Shown here piece by piece: positions 40,573 to 50,583 of a stretch of 64,000 bases of DNA (position 1 is the stretch's first letter; each line of letters opens with the position of its first letter). The notes under the pieces are model-generated. The model saw only the letters and a list, made by a program, of their open reading frames with translations. It ran no database searches and was not told the DNA's origin. Position numbers and translations under genes: made by a program. Origin of the DNA: Candidatus Longimicrobiales bacterium M2_2A_002 (GTDB taxonomy: Bacteria; Gemmatimonadota; Gemmatimonadetes; Longimicrobiales; RSA9); NCBI GenBank assembly GCA_051418035.1, contig JBPRGE010000064.1, positions 33,459 through 97,458 on the forward strand, read 5' to 3'.

Positions 40573-41411
40573 GCGGGCGCGGGAGAGAGGGCCGCCGCCA
40601 GGCGGGATCGTGAGCCGGGGTCGTGGGACGGGAGGAAGACGAGGGAGCGCTCCTCGCCGAGCGCCCGGATCCGGGTGAGGGTCCGGGCCGCCACGTCCTC
40701 GCCCGCGCCCATCGAGGCCACCCCGTCGACCTCACCGGCACGGAGGTTCGCTTCCGTGTAGGCGGCGTCCCCGGCGAAGAAGAGGACGGTCTCACCAAGC
40801 TCGACGACAACCGACAGGTGGCCACGGGTATGGCCCGGAGTCGGGACGAGCCGAACGTCGCCGGACTCCGTGAGTGCGTGACTCTCGGGGAACGGACCGA
40901 ACGGCTCCGGAGCGAACCGCACGAGGGTGGGGGAGAAGTCCGCGGGCCACCGGTTCGGAAGGTAGCCTCTCACCCGTCCCTTCCAACCGCTCGCGTCCTC
41001 GTACTCCTCCCGGCTGACCAGGATCTCCGAGCCGACCACGTGCTCCAGCCCGCCCGCGTGGTCCGTGTGGAGGTGCGTCATGACGACCCAGCGGACCTCG
41101 GCCGGCGGGATCCCCAGCCTCCGGAGCGCCGGGCCGACTTCGTGCCCGGAAGCGACGTCCTCCCGGACGCCGAGCCGAAAGTACGGGTGCCAGCGTGGGA
41201 AGTACCCCGGCTCAGACGTCCGGGCGGTCTCGCCCGTGTCCACCAGGATCACCCCCTCGGGATGCTCGACCACCCACGCGTGGATGGGGAGGGGCGGGGT
41301 CCAGGCCCGGTCCAGCAGCGTGTTCAGAAACCGCACCGTGCCCCGACCCGTTCCGGTCCGCTGCCGCTCGTGGACCCGGACCGTGCCGGTCTGGATGGCG
41401 TGGATCTTCAT
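40569..41411 (-). CDS. N-acyl homoserine lactonase-family metallo-beta-lactamase
   Basis: ILVDTG, THLHTDHAGG, TPGHTRGH, AGDA, PSHDP. Confidence 0.85.
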   Translation of the reverse strand: MKIHAIQTGTVRVHERQRTGTGRGTVRFLNTLLDRAWTPPLPIHAWVVEHPEGVILVDTGETARTSEPGYFPRWHPYFRLGVREDVASGHEVGPALRRLGIPPAEVRWVVMTHLHTDHAGGLEHVVGSEILVSREEYEDASGWKGRVRGYLPNRWPADFSPTLVRFAPEPFGPFPESHALTESGDVRLVPTPGHTRGHLSVVVELGETVLFFAGDAAYTEANLRAGEVDGVASMGAGEDVAARTLTRIRALGEERSLVFLPSHDPGSRSRLAAALSPAPA

Positions 41412-42059
41412 GCCGGGCCTCCCTCATCGCTGGCAGAGGCCGCCCGGCCGACGCCCCGGACGACCACGTCCACCACACCGCCGGCCAGGTCGTCATCGAG
41501 GGGAGCGCCCGTGACCAGAATCCGGTAGAAGAGGGGGCCGCCCAGGAAGTCGAGGATCAGCTCCACGTCCACGTCCGGGTCCAGCTCGCCACGCCCCACG
41601 GCCCGGTCCACCACCGTGGCCAGCGCCGCCCGCCGCCCCTCGAGGAAGTGATCGCGGACCGCACGACCCACTTCCTCGCTCGCCGCCATCGCCGCGAGGA
41701 GACCGGGCAGTACCCGGCCCGGACGGCCCCGATACACCTCCACCGCCTGCCGCATCAGGAGCCGGAGATCCTCCTCCACCGACCCCGTGTTCGGGATCCG
41801 GATCTCCTCCACGAAGGCCGCCACGGCCGCCGCGACCACCTCCTCCGGCGACTTCCACCGCCGATAGAGCGTCGCCTTCCCGACACCCGCCCGGTCCGCG
41901 ATCCCCTCCATCGTCAGTGCCGCGTAGCCCCCCTCCGCCATCAGATCGAGCGTGGCGTCGAGGATCGACGCATCCGCTCGCGCGCTCCTCGGTCGCCCGG
42001 GACCCGCCGTCCCGCCCGTCCCCGACGGGGCCGGGCGGGCCGCGTCCGCTTCAGCCCAC
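41408..42059 (-). CDS. TetR/AcrR regulator (no canonical start ahead of helix 1; 5' end uncertain)
   Basis: Frame reads GRPRSARADASILDATLDLMAEGGY...GVGKATLYRRW; the first ATG (41941) lies inside the HTH domain. Confidence 0.75.
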
Positions 42060-43055
42060 GGTCAGGACCACGGTCCCGCTGCGCGCGTCGCTCTCCGCGT
42101 ACCGGTGCGCTTCGGCGGCCTGTTCCAGGGGGAGGGTCCGGTCGACGCGCGGGGTGAGGGCGCCGGCCTCGGCCAGCCTGACGGCCTCCAGCAGGTCGGT
42201 CCGGGTCTGGCCGGTCAGTACGCACCGGACCCGGGGGCCGGAGCCGAACCGGGTCCGGACCGCCCACGCGAGCTGCGGGGTCTTGAAGCTGGCGAGGAGG
42301 TAGGTGCCGCGGTCGGTGAGGGCGCCGCGCACGTCGCGGAAGGAGCGACCGCCCAGCACGTCCACGATCAGGTCGTACCGGCGGCCGGAGGCGGTGAAGT
42401 CCTCCTTCGTGTAGTCGACGACGTGGTCGGCGCCCAGCGCCCGGACGCGTTCCAGCCGCGCGGTGCCGGCGACGCCCGTCACCTCGGCGCCGGCGTGCCT
42501 GGCCAGCTGGACGGCGAACGACCCGATGCCGCCGGACGCCCCGACGATGAGGACCGAGCGGCCCTGCATCTCCACGTCCCGCAGGAGTCCCACCGCCGTG
42601 ATGGCGCCGTAGGGGAAGGCGGCGGCCTGCTCATCGGTCATGGACGCGGGCGTGGGGGCGATGACGGCGTCGTGCTTCACCCGCAGGTACTCCGCGTATC
42701 CGCCCATGCCCTGTCCGGTGTAGCCCAGCACCCGGTCGCCGGGGGTCAAGGCATCCACGTCGGTCCCCACCGACTCGACCCGGCCGGCGAACTCGCTGCC
42801 CAGCACCGGCTGCCGGGGGCGGCGCGGTCCGAAGTAGAGCCGGGACAGGAGCAGCAGGGGGTACGGCATGTTGAATGTCGACGGCCTGACGGAGCGGAAG
42901 TCCCGGGCGAGGAGGTCGCCATAGTTGACCGTGGTGGCCCGGACCCGGACCAGCACCTCGTCCGCCGCTGGCTGCGGGCGGGGCGCGTTCTCCAGCCGGA
43001 GTACCTCCGGCGGGCCATACTGGTGGCGGGCGATCCGTCGCATCGTGGCGGGCAT
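42051..43055 (-). CDS. NAD(P)-dependent MDR/QOR-like oxidoreductase
   Basis: YGPPEVL, VLGSEFAG, GGYAEY, IVGASGGIGSFAVQLA, LGADHVVDY. Confidence 0.9.
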   Translation of the reverse strand: MPATMRRIARHQYGPPEVLRLENAPRPQPAADEVLVRVRATTVNYGDLLARDFRSVRPSTFNMPYPLLLLSRLYFGPRRPRQPVLGSEFAGRVESVGTDVDALTPGDRVLGYTGQGMGGYAEYLRVKHDAVIAPTPASMTDEQAAAFPYGAITAVGLLRDVEMQGRSVLIVGASGGIGSFAVQLARHAGAEVTGVAGTARLERVRALGADHVVDYTKEDFTASGRRYDLIVDVLGGRSFRDVRGALTDRGTYLLASFKTPQLAWAVRTRFGSGPRVRCVLTGQTRTDLLEAVRLAEAGALTPRVDRTLPLEQAAEAHRYAESDARSGTVVLTVG

Positions 43056-43229
43056 GGCGGCTCCGGTGTGGGGGGAACGGGGTTCGGCATCAGTATCGAC
43101 CCTCGTCGGCCGGCGCGGCAACACCGGCCCGGCGGCGGGGGGCGGTTGCCGGAAGGGCCCGGGGCGCGTGAATTCATTGCGTCCGTACGCCGTACGACAC
43201 GTGACGGCCCACCGAAACCGGGGAACGAC

Positions 43230-44029
43230 ATGACGGCCCATGACCGCCCGCCCGCTGCGCACGCACGCCACACCGGGCTCCTCCTGACAGCGCTGGCCAC
43301 GCTGGTCGCTGCGGGGTGCGGGGGGGACGACATTGGCCGGGCCGCCACGCGCCCGCCGGCGCCGTGGGTCGACCAGCCCGTGTCGGAGTGGCCGGACTTC
43401 GCGCTGAGCAGCGACGTCGTGTTCGAGGACACGACGTATGCCTGGCTGGCGGCGACACCGTGGGCGTGACCGCGAAGCACATCTTCATGCTCTTCCGGCA
43501 GGATCGGGGGCTGGGGGCCGTGGCGCTGGGCGACGACTTCCGGCACTGGTCGCTGCGCTCCAGCCGGGACACCGGGCGGGTCGTGCACACCCGGGCGCTG
43601 ATCAACGCCGACGCGACGGAGCCCATCGGGAGCTTCGGCGGGCTGAAGGACCGGGACTGGCTGGTCTTCGAGCTCGACGGTTGGGCGGAGGGTGTCCACC
43701 CACTGAAGCTGAGCCCCGGGCCGGTGGCGCCGGGCGACACCATCTACGCGGTCGGCCGGAGCCGGGCGGAGCGCCGCGATCCGGACCCGACGGTCCGTCC
43801 GCTCCGGGTGTTCCGGGTCTTCCCGACGTACTACTACGTGCAGCCCCTGGACCCGAGCGTGGACCCGGGGGGCGCGAGCGGCTCGCCCGTGATCGACGGG
43901 GACGGCCATCTGGTGGGGCTGGTGTCCGGCGCCATCGGTCGGCTCGGGGTGGTGGCGGGGCTCGGGTACCTCAGGCGGGTCCTGGAATCGCGTCCGGATC
44001 GTCCGGCCGGAACATCGCCCGGGTCGTGA
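43230..44029 (+). pseudogene. trypsin-like serine protease lipoprotein, frameshifted near 43440
   Basis: One frame gives lipobox AAGC and stops at 43469; another carries VTAKH, RDWL and GASGSPV. Confidence 0.7.
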
Positions 44030-44594
44030 AGGCCGACTCCACGGGGCGGCTGCCGAGGAGCTCGTACCCGCAGCGCAGGTAGAGCCCCACGTTCTCCTCG
44101 ACCTCGGTGGTCAGGGAGACGCCCGCGGACGCCGGGTCGTCGGCCGAGAGGTCGTGGACGTGCTCGAGCAGCCGTCGTCCGATGCCCTGGCCCTGCCTCG
44201 AGCGACGGACCCCGATCATGTTCAGGTGGAGGTGGTCCTCGTCCACACCGAGCTGGCCTGCCGCCCGGCCGAAGATCTCGTAGCGGGTCCGGGCGTCCGC
44301 GCCCAGCTGCCACCACGTCTCCTCCCGCAGATCGGAGAGCGGCTGCGGCTCTGCGGCGACGGAGCCGGGTCGGGAGACCAGCGCCGCCGCGGCGAGGCCG
44401 TCGCCATCGGCCACCCCGAGGACGGTCTCGTCCCGGAGCACCCGGGCCATGACGAAGAAGGTCACCAGCGTGCGGAGCCGGCGCTCGTAGCCCTGCCCGT
44501 CGCCCAGCACGTACCGCATGACGGGGTAATCGTGGAACGCCTCGGCCAGCACCGACACGACCGCCGGTACGTCATCCGGCTCGACGATCGTCAC
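43971..44594 (-). CDS. GNAT N-acetyltransferase
   Basis: LAEAFHDYP, HLNMIGVRRSRQGQGIG, NVGLYLRCGY; GTGA-coupled to upstream gene. Confidence 0.85.
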   Translation of the reverse strand: MTIVEPDDVPAVVSVLAEAFHDYPVMRYVLGDGQGYERRLRTLVTFFVMARVLRDETVLGVADGDGLAAAALVSRPGSVAAEPQPLSDLREETWWQLGADARTRYEIFGRAAGQLGVDEDHLHLNMIGVRRSRQGQGIGRRLLEHVHDLSADDPASAGVSLTTEVEENVGLYLRCGYELLGSRPVESAFTTRAMFRPDDPDAIPGPA

Positions 44595-46180
44595 GAGTCG
44601 GGCTCGTCCATCGCCTTCCCCACCCGGGCCAGACCGTCGGTGGACCAGGCGTTCTCCGGGAACCGCTCCAGGTCCTTCCGGAAGACGGCGGCGGCCTCGG
44701 CCGGGCGCCCGGCGGCCAGCAGCATCTCGCCCAGCTCGTGCCGGGTCATGACCGTCCACTCCGGCGGCTCGCCGTAGAGCAGCGCATCCTCGAGGCGGAC
44801 GGCTTCCCGGAGGTGGTCGATGGCGGCGTCACGGTCGCCCCGGGCCTCGGCCAGCCGCCCGGCGAGGACGTGAACGCCGATGCCCAGGATGTGCCCGGCC
44901 TCGTTGAACTCGAGCCGGACGCCCTGGAGCGACGTCGCCAGCGACCGGAGCTCCTCCAGCTGCCCCGCCGCTTCGGAGAGCCGACCGGTAGCCACGAGAG
45001 CCCGGCCCCGTGCGTAGTGCCACATGCCCCGGGCGTGGGGGTACTCCTCCGCCGGCGCCGGCGTGGCCAGGATCTCGTCCCAGAGCCCGAACCGGATCCG
45101 GAGCTGGAGCGGGCGGGTGATGTAGTGCTGGAGGAACATCATCCCCGGCGCCCCGACCAGCTCGGCCGGGATCAGCGACGCCATCCGGTCCGCGGCCTCG
45201 ACGGCCTTCTCCTGCTCCTTGACCATGGCCGCCGCGAAGGCGAGGAAGTCGTAGTTGTGCGGGTAGTAGCCGGCGGTGTAGACGCCCGGTGTCGGTCGCT
45301 GGTCCCGGATGTACGTCTCGTCCGCGTGCGCGGCGTGCTCGTTCAGACGGATCACTTCCCGGTACCGGCCCAGCCGGATGTAGATGTGGCCCGGCATGTG
45401 GACGATGTGGCCGGCGCCGGGCATCAGTCCCGCCAGCCGCTCGGCGCACTCCACCGCCCGTTCCGGATACAGCTTCTCCACCGCGTGGATGAAGAAGTGA
45501 CACGCGCCGGGGTGGTTGGGGTTGCGCTCGATGACCCGCTCGAAGGAGGCGAGCGCCCGGTCGATGCCCGGGTACGGGTCGCCGTTCTCCTGCCAGTAGT
45601 CCCACGGCCGGAGGTCCATCTGCGCCTCACCCATGAGCACGGCGATCTCCAGGTCTTCGGGCCAGCGGTCCGAGAGCGCGATGAGCGACCGCGCCCACGC
45701 CGAGTCCAGCGCCGCCCGATCCGCGGGCGGCACCTCGGAATAGCGCTCCGCCAGGGCGTCGATCAGTGCCCGCTCCTTCCGGCCGGCGGAGCCGCGACGG
45801 GCCAGCGCCTCCTGCGCGGCCGCCCACGCCGCCACACCCGCGGCCGAATCCATGGGCAGGTTGATGTTCGGGCCCCACGCCAGTGCCTCGCCCCACCAGC
45901 ACATCGCGCACTCCGGGTCGAGACGCTGCGCCTCCCGGAACGACCGGATCGCCTCCTGATGGTTGAAGGCGTAGTAGAGGCGCAGACCCTGGTCGAAGTA
46001 CGCCTGCGCCTCCGGCACGTCGGTCGTGATCTCGTAGTGGTGGCTCCCCAGGTCGTCATAGATCGGAGGGGACGACGCCGCATGGCCGGCATCCCCCTGG
46101 GCCGCCGCGGTGCCGGGCAGCGCCAGCAGCAGGAACGAAACGGCGTGTGTGGGTCGGACCGTAAGCATGACTCTCCTCAT
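44591..46180 (-). CDS. exported TPR-repeat protein (conserved hypothetical)
   Basis: Signal peptide; AQAYFDQGLRLYYAFNH, ALAWGPNIN, HPGACHFFIHAVE, GHIVHMPGHIY, YGEPPEW. Confidence 0.85.
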   Translation of the reverse strand: MRRVMLTVRPTHAVSFLLLALPGTAAAQGDAGHAASSPPIYDDLGSHHYEITTDVPEAQAYFDQGLRLYYAFNHQEAIRSFREAQRLDPECAMCWWGEALAWGPNINLPMDSAAGVAAWAAAQEALARRGSAGRKERALIDALAERYSEVPPADRAALDSAWARSLIALSDRWPEDLEIAVLMGEAQMDLRPWDYWQENGDPYPGIDRALASFERVIERNPNHPGACHFFIHAVEKLYPERAVECAERLAGLMPGAGHIVHMPGHIYIRLGRYREVIRLNEHAAHADETYIRDQRPTPGVYTAGYYPHNYDFLAFAAAMVKEQEKAVEAADRMASLIPAELVGAPGMMFLQHYITRPLQLRIRFGLWDEILATPAPAEEYPHARGMWHYARGRALVATGRLSEAAGQLEELRSLATSLQGVRLEFNEAGHILGIGVHVLAGRLAEARGDRDAAIDHLREAVRLEDALLYGEPPEWTVMTRHELGEMLLAAGRPAEAAAVFRKDLERFPENAWSTDGLARVGKAMDEPDS

Positions 46181-46506
46181 GGCTCTCCTCGACATCGTGT
46201 CTCTCCCGCACAGATGCGTGGAACCCCGCGTCCACCGGACACGCGGTGGGGCACCGGCGCCCTGTGAGGGAGGCCGCGTTGGGGGTGCGGCCCGTTCGGG
46301 CACCTCACGGTGCCGGACGCTGACGCTCCCGCCGCACGGCGAGACCCGGCCAGCGCGTCGACACGCCCACAACGTAGGGCGTGGCCATGCCGAGCGCGAT
46401 GACGGCGGAGGGGCCCTCGGTGGTCGAGACGGAGCCTCGGGCCGGTACGCCCCTTGCGCCCCATTTCGCCTGACGGAGCGAGCGGCTACACGGGCGGGAG
46501 CGCACT

Positions 46507-48405
46507 CTGAGAGACGGACGGCAGGACCGGAACAAGGACGGGGCTCCTCGGCACGGGCCGGGTCCCGGCGCGTCGCCCGCGGTCTCGTGGCGGCTCCTGC
46601 TCTGGCTCCTCGCCATCCTCGTGCTCGGCTGGTGGGCGCTGGACATGCCCGGGCAGGGTGGCCCCACCATCAGCTACACGACGTTCCGGGCCCAGGTCGC
46701 CGATGGCAACGTCACCGAGGTCGTGGTCCAGGGCGAGCGGGTCCGGGGCACGCTGGCGGACTCGGCGACGCACGTGGCCGCGGGCGACACGACCCGCTAC
46801 TCCGAGTTCGTCACCTTCCTCCCCTCGTTCGGCGACGAGGAGCTGCTCACCCTCCTCCGGGAGCAGGGCGTCCGGGTCGAGACCCGCCCGACCAGCGACG
46901 GGGGCTGGTGGACGCTCCTCCTCTGGGTGGCCCCCATCCTCTTCCTGTTCGGGATCGGCTGGCTGGCGTACCGACGGATGCAGACCCGGGGGCAGAACAT
47001 CCTGAACATCGGCGAGAGCGGCGCCAAGCTCTACGACCGGACGGAAGAGGAGACCACCTTCGACGACGTGGCCGGCGTCGAGAGCGCGAAGGAGGAGCTG
47101 CGTGAGGTCATCGAGTTCCTCAAGGACCCGACACGGTTCCAGGAGCTGGGGGCCGAGGTGCCGAAGGGCGTGCTGATGGTGGGCCCGCCCGGCTCCGGCA
47201 AGACGCTCCTGGCCCGGGCCGTGGCCGGGGAGGCGGACGTGCCGTTCTTCATCATCACCGGCTCCGACTTCATGGAAATGTTCGTCGGGGTGGGCGCGAA
47301 GCGGGTGCGCGACCTGTTCGAGCGCGCCAAGGACGAAGCGCCCGCCATCATCTTCATCGACGAGCTCGACTCCATCGGCCGACAGCGGGGCGCGGGGCTC
47401 GGCGGGGGCCACGACGAGCGGGAGCAGACGCTGAACCAGCTCCTCTCCGAGCTCGACGGCTTCGAGCCGAACGAGAGCGTCATCGTGATGGCGGCCACGA
47501 ACCGGCCGGACATCCTCGACGAGGCGCTGCTCCGCCCCGGTCGCTTCGACCGGCGCATCACCGTGGACCTGCCCACCGCCACCGAGCGCCAGGCGATCCT
47601 CGAGCTCCACGGGAAAGACAAGCCGCTGGACCCGGAAGTGGACCTGGAGTCCGTGGCGAAAGGCACGCCGGGGTTCAGCGGCGCCGACCTGGAGAACCTG
47701 CTCAACGAAGCCGCGCTCACGGCCGCACGCGAGGACGCCGAGCGGATCACCCAGGACCACGTGGAGGAGGCCCGGGACCGCGTGCTCATGGGACTCGAGC
47801 GCCAGGGGCTCGCACTCTCCGACCGGCAGGTCGAGCTGCTGTCGTATCACGAAGGCGGGCACGCCCTCGTGGCGGCCTCCCTCGCCCACGCCGACCCGAT
47901 CCACAAGGTCACCATCGTGCCCCGGGGACGGTCCATGGGCAGCACCCACCAGCTGCCCGACGACGAACGCTATATCCACGAGCGGGCGCACATGCTCGAC
48001 CGGCTGGCCGTGATGCTCGGCGGGCGGGCCGCGGAGCGGACCGTCTTCGACACCCTGACCAGCGGCGCCGAGGACGACCTCCAGCAGGCCACCAGCCTGG
48101 CCCGGAAGATGGTCCTGAAATGGGGGATGAGCGAGCGGATCGGGCCCATGGCGTCGGCCAGCAGGCGAGAGCAGGTCTTCCTGGGCGAGGAGATCGCCCA
48201 GCGCCGCGACTACAGCGATGAGACGGCCCGGGTCGTCGACGAGGAGGTCATGGCCATCATCGACGATGCCTTCGAGCGGGCCACGACCGTCCTCGAGGAG
48301 AAGCGGGACGCCCTGGATCGCGTCGCCGAGGTGCTCCAGGAGGAAGAGGAGATCACCGGCGACCGCGTGCGGGAGATCCTGGACGAGCAGAGCGTCGAGG
48401 AGTAG
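46507..48405 (+). CDS. ftsH: ATP-dependent zinc metalloprotease FtsH (probable CTG start)
   Basis: Two TMs, [31 protein letters not shown]1 ([12 protein letters not shown]) lies upstream of GTG 46621; CTG 46507 is 6 nt after GGAG. Confidence 0.93.
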   Translation: MRDGRQDRNKDGAPRHGPGPGASPAVSWRLLLWLLAILVLGWWALDMPGQGGPTISYTTFRAQVADGNVTEVVVQGERVRGTLADSATHVAAGDTTRYSEFVTFLPSFGDEELLTLLREQGVRVETRPTSDGGWWTLLLWVAPILFLFGIGWLAYRRMQTRGQNILNIGESGAKLYDRTEEETTFDDVAGVESAKEELREVIEFLKDPTRFQELGAEVPKGVLMVGPPGSGKTLLARAVAGEADVPFFIITGSDFMEMFVGVGAKRVRDLFERAKDEAPAIIFIDELDSIGRQRGAGLGGGHDEREQTLNQLLSELDGFEPNESVIVMAATNRPDILDEALLRPGRFDRRITVDLPTATERQAILELHGKDKPLDPEVDLESVAKGTPGFSGADLENLLNEAALTAAREDAERITQDHVEEARDRVLMGLERQGLALSDRQVELLSYHEGGHALVAASLAHADPIHKVTIVPRGRSMGSTHQLPDDERYIHERAHMLDRLAVMLGGRAAERTVFDTLTSGAEDDLQQATSLARKMVLKWGMSERIGPMASASRREQVFLGEEIAQRRDYSDETARVVDEEVMAIIDDAFERATTVLEEKRDALDRVAEVLQEEEEITGDRVREILDEQSVEE

Positions 48406-48639
48406 GCCGGCGACTCGGCCCGGGCGCCGGCCCCGTCAGCTCCCCGCCGTCAGAGACACGGCGCCGCGTCAGTCGCCGCCGTCGGCGTCGAGCCCGGCGC
48501 TGCCGCGCCCCGGGCGCAGCTCCCGGCCGTCGCCGCGCCTGGCCAGCGCCAGCGTGCCCGCCGCCGAGCCGGCACTCAGCAGCACTTCGCCACTGCTGCC
48601 CCCGTCCCGGTTCCGGCCCGTGTCACGGGCCTCTTGCCT

Positions 48640-48676
48640 ATACCTTGTGGTTCTATGTATACTGCTTCTATGCATA
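48640..48676. promoter_or_regulatory. putative PadR operator/promoter
   Basis: AT-rich island ATACCTTGTGGTTCTATGTATACTGCTTCTATGCATA containing the direct repeat TTCTATGYATA. Confidence 0.45.
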
Positions 48677-48761
48677 CGCGCAAGTGGGCCGAATGTACGG
48701 CCGCCGGGGCCGGAAGCGCTACCCGTCGCCGGGGCGTGCCGCGTCGGGGCGTGCCGGGTCG

Positions 48762-49142
48762 ATGAGCATCAACAAGGACCTGGTGGCCGCGTCCTCCACG
48801 CCGCTCGTCCTGGCCATTCTGGCCGAGGGGGACAGCTACGGCTACGCGATCCTGAAGCGGGTGCGTGAGCTGTCGGGGGGCGAGCTGGAGTGGACGGACG
48901 GGATGCTCTACCCGGTCCTGCATCGGCTGGAGCGTTCCGGTCTGGTGGAGTCCCGGTGGGAGAAATCCGAGTCGGGGCGGCGACGGAAGTACTACCGGGT
49001 GACCGAGGCCGGTCTGGAGCAGCTGGCCGAGGAGCGGCGGCAGTGGCGCACGGTGGACGAGGCGCTCCGTCAGGTCTGGTCGGTGCTTGCCGAGTCGGCG
49101 GGTGCCCGCGGGTTCCCAACTATTTCACCACAGGTGAGTTGA
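48762..49142 (+). CDS. PadR family regulator
   Basis: LAILAEGDSYGYAI, DGMLYPVLHRLE, RRRKYYRVT. Confidence 0.92.
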   Translation: MSINKDLVAASSTPLVLAILAEGDSYGYAILKRVRELSGGELEWTDGMLYPVLHRLERSGLVESRWEKSESGRRRKYYRVTEAGLEQLAEERRQWRTVDEALRQVWSVLAESAGARGFPTISPQVS

Positions 49143-49146
49143 TCCG

Positions 49147-50556
49147 ATGAATTCGAATCGTCCGGGCGGTACCGAGGCGGACTCCCTCGAGGAGCAGATC
49201 GACGCGTGGCGTGCGCACCTGCGCCGCAGCACGGCGATGACGGCCCCGGACGTGGAGGAGCTGGAGGACCATCTCCGGGAGCAGATCGCGTCGCTGGCCG
49301 AGGACGGACTGTCGGGCGACGAGGCGTTCCTGGTGGCGGTCAAGCGGATCGGTGCCATCGACGCACTGACGCGGGAGTTCGCCCGGGAGCACTCGGATCG
49401 GCTGTGGAAGCAGCTGGTGCTGGCGGGCGACACCGGGCCCGGGGGTGCCGGCGCGGCCGCGGGGTCGGGCACCCGGACGATGTGGGTGGCGCTGCTCCTG
49501 GCGGTCGCGGCGGCCGTGGCGATCAAGGTCCCGGAGCTCTTCGGGGTCCCGCTCGATCCGGATGCGAGCCTGTTCTACCCGCTGAACATCGCGTTCTTCA
49601 CGCTTCCGTTCATCGTGGCCTACTTCGCGTGGGAGCGGCCGCTGTCGGCGTCGAGCGCCGCGTGGGTGGCGTCGGCGTTCGTCGTCTCGGCCGTAGTGGT
49701 GAACGCGTACCCGTTCGTCGGCTATCCCGCAGCCGAGCCCGACACGGCGATCCTGGCCATACTCCACCTTCCGATCGCGCTCTGGCTGGCCGTGGGCGTG
49801 GCGTACGTCGGCGGCCGCTGGCGGGGCAGCGAGCGGCGGATGGACTTCATCCGGTTCACCGGCGAGCTGTTCATCTACTTCGTGCTGATGGCGCTGGGCG
49901 GCGGTGTGCTGGTCGCCCTGACGCTGGCCCTGTTCGGGGCGATCGGGCTGGACGTGGAGCCGCTGGTCGGGAGCTGGATCCTGCCGTGCGGGGCGGTGGC
50001 CGCCACGGTGGTCGCCACCTGGCTCGTGGAGGCGAAGCAGAGCGTCATCGAGAACATGGCGCCGGTGCTGGCCCGGGTCTTCGTCCCGCTGTTCACGCTG
50101 GTGCTCCTGGCCTTCCTGGTGACGATGGTGGCAACGGGGCGCGGGCTCGATGTCGAGCGGGAGATCCTGATCGCCGTCGACATGCTGCTGGTGGTGGTCT
50201 TCGGGCTGCTGCTGTACTCGATCTCGGCCCGGGACCCGCTGGCGCCCCCCGGCGTCCTGGACTGGATCCAGCTGACGCTGGTGGCGACCGGGCTGCTGGT
50301 GGACGTGCTGGCGCTCTGGGCCATCGGGGCCCGGATCTCGGACTTCGGGTTCACACCCAACCGTCTGGCGGCGCTCGGGATGAACGTGGTGCTGCTGGTG
50401 AACCTCGCCGGCTCGGCCGTGCTGTACGCCCGCTTCCTCCGGGGCGACGGCACCGTCTCCCGGCTCTGGGACTGGCAGATGAGCTACCTGTACGTGATCG
50501 CCGGCTGGACCGCCGTGGTGGTCTTCCTCTTCCCGCCGCTGTTCGGCTTCGACTAG
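49147..50556 (+). CDS. permease-prefix-domain membrane protein (DUF4153-like)
   Basis: ELEDHLREQ...DEAFLVAVKRIG prefix domain; many TMs; GFTPNRLA. Confidence 0.8.
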   Translation: MNSNRPGGTEADSLEEQIDAWRAHLRRSTAMTAPDVEELEDHLREQIASLAEDGLSGDEAFLVAVKRIGAIDALTREFAREHSDRLWKQLVLAGDTGPGGAGAAAGSGTRTMWVALLLAVAAAVAIKVPELFGVPLDPDASLFYPLNIAFFTLPFIVAYFAWERPLSASSAAWVASAFVVSAVVVNAYPFVGYPAAEPDTAILAILHLPIALWLAVGVAYVGGRWRGSERRMDFIRFTGELFIYFVLMALGGGVLVALTLALFGAIGLDVEPLVGSWILPCGAVAATVVATWLVEAKQSVIENMAPVLARVFVPLFTLVLLAFLVTMVATGRGLDVEREILIAVDMLLVVVFGLLLYSISARDPLAPPGVLDWIQLTLVATGLLVDVLALWAIGARISDFGFTPNRLAALGMNVVLLVNLAGSAVLYARFLRGDGTVSRLWDWQMSYLYVIAGWTAVVVFLFPPLFGFD

Positions 50557-50583
50557 CTCGCCGCCGGCACTCGGCGCCGGTAC

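Noticed and set aside
46387-46473. Selenocysteine or readthrough TGA upstream of ftsH
   Set aside because: No Cys-equivalent position and no evident SECIS; a CTG start is the simpler explanation.
48469-48675. 68-aa minus-strand ORF
   Set aside because: It starts inside the PadR promoter island; at most a C-terminal remnant of a membrane protein (LLSAGSAAGTLALARR), too weak to call.
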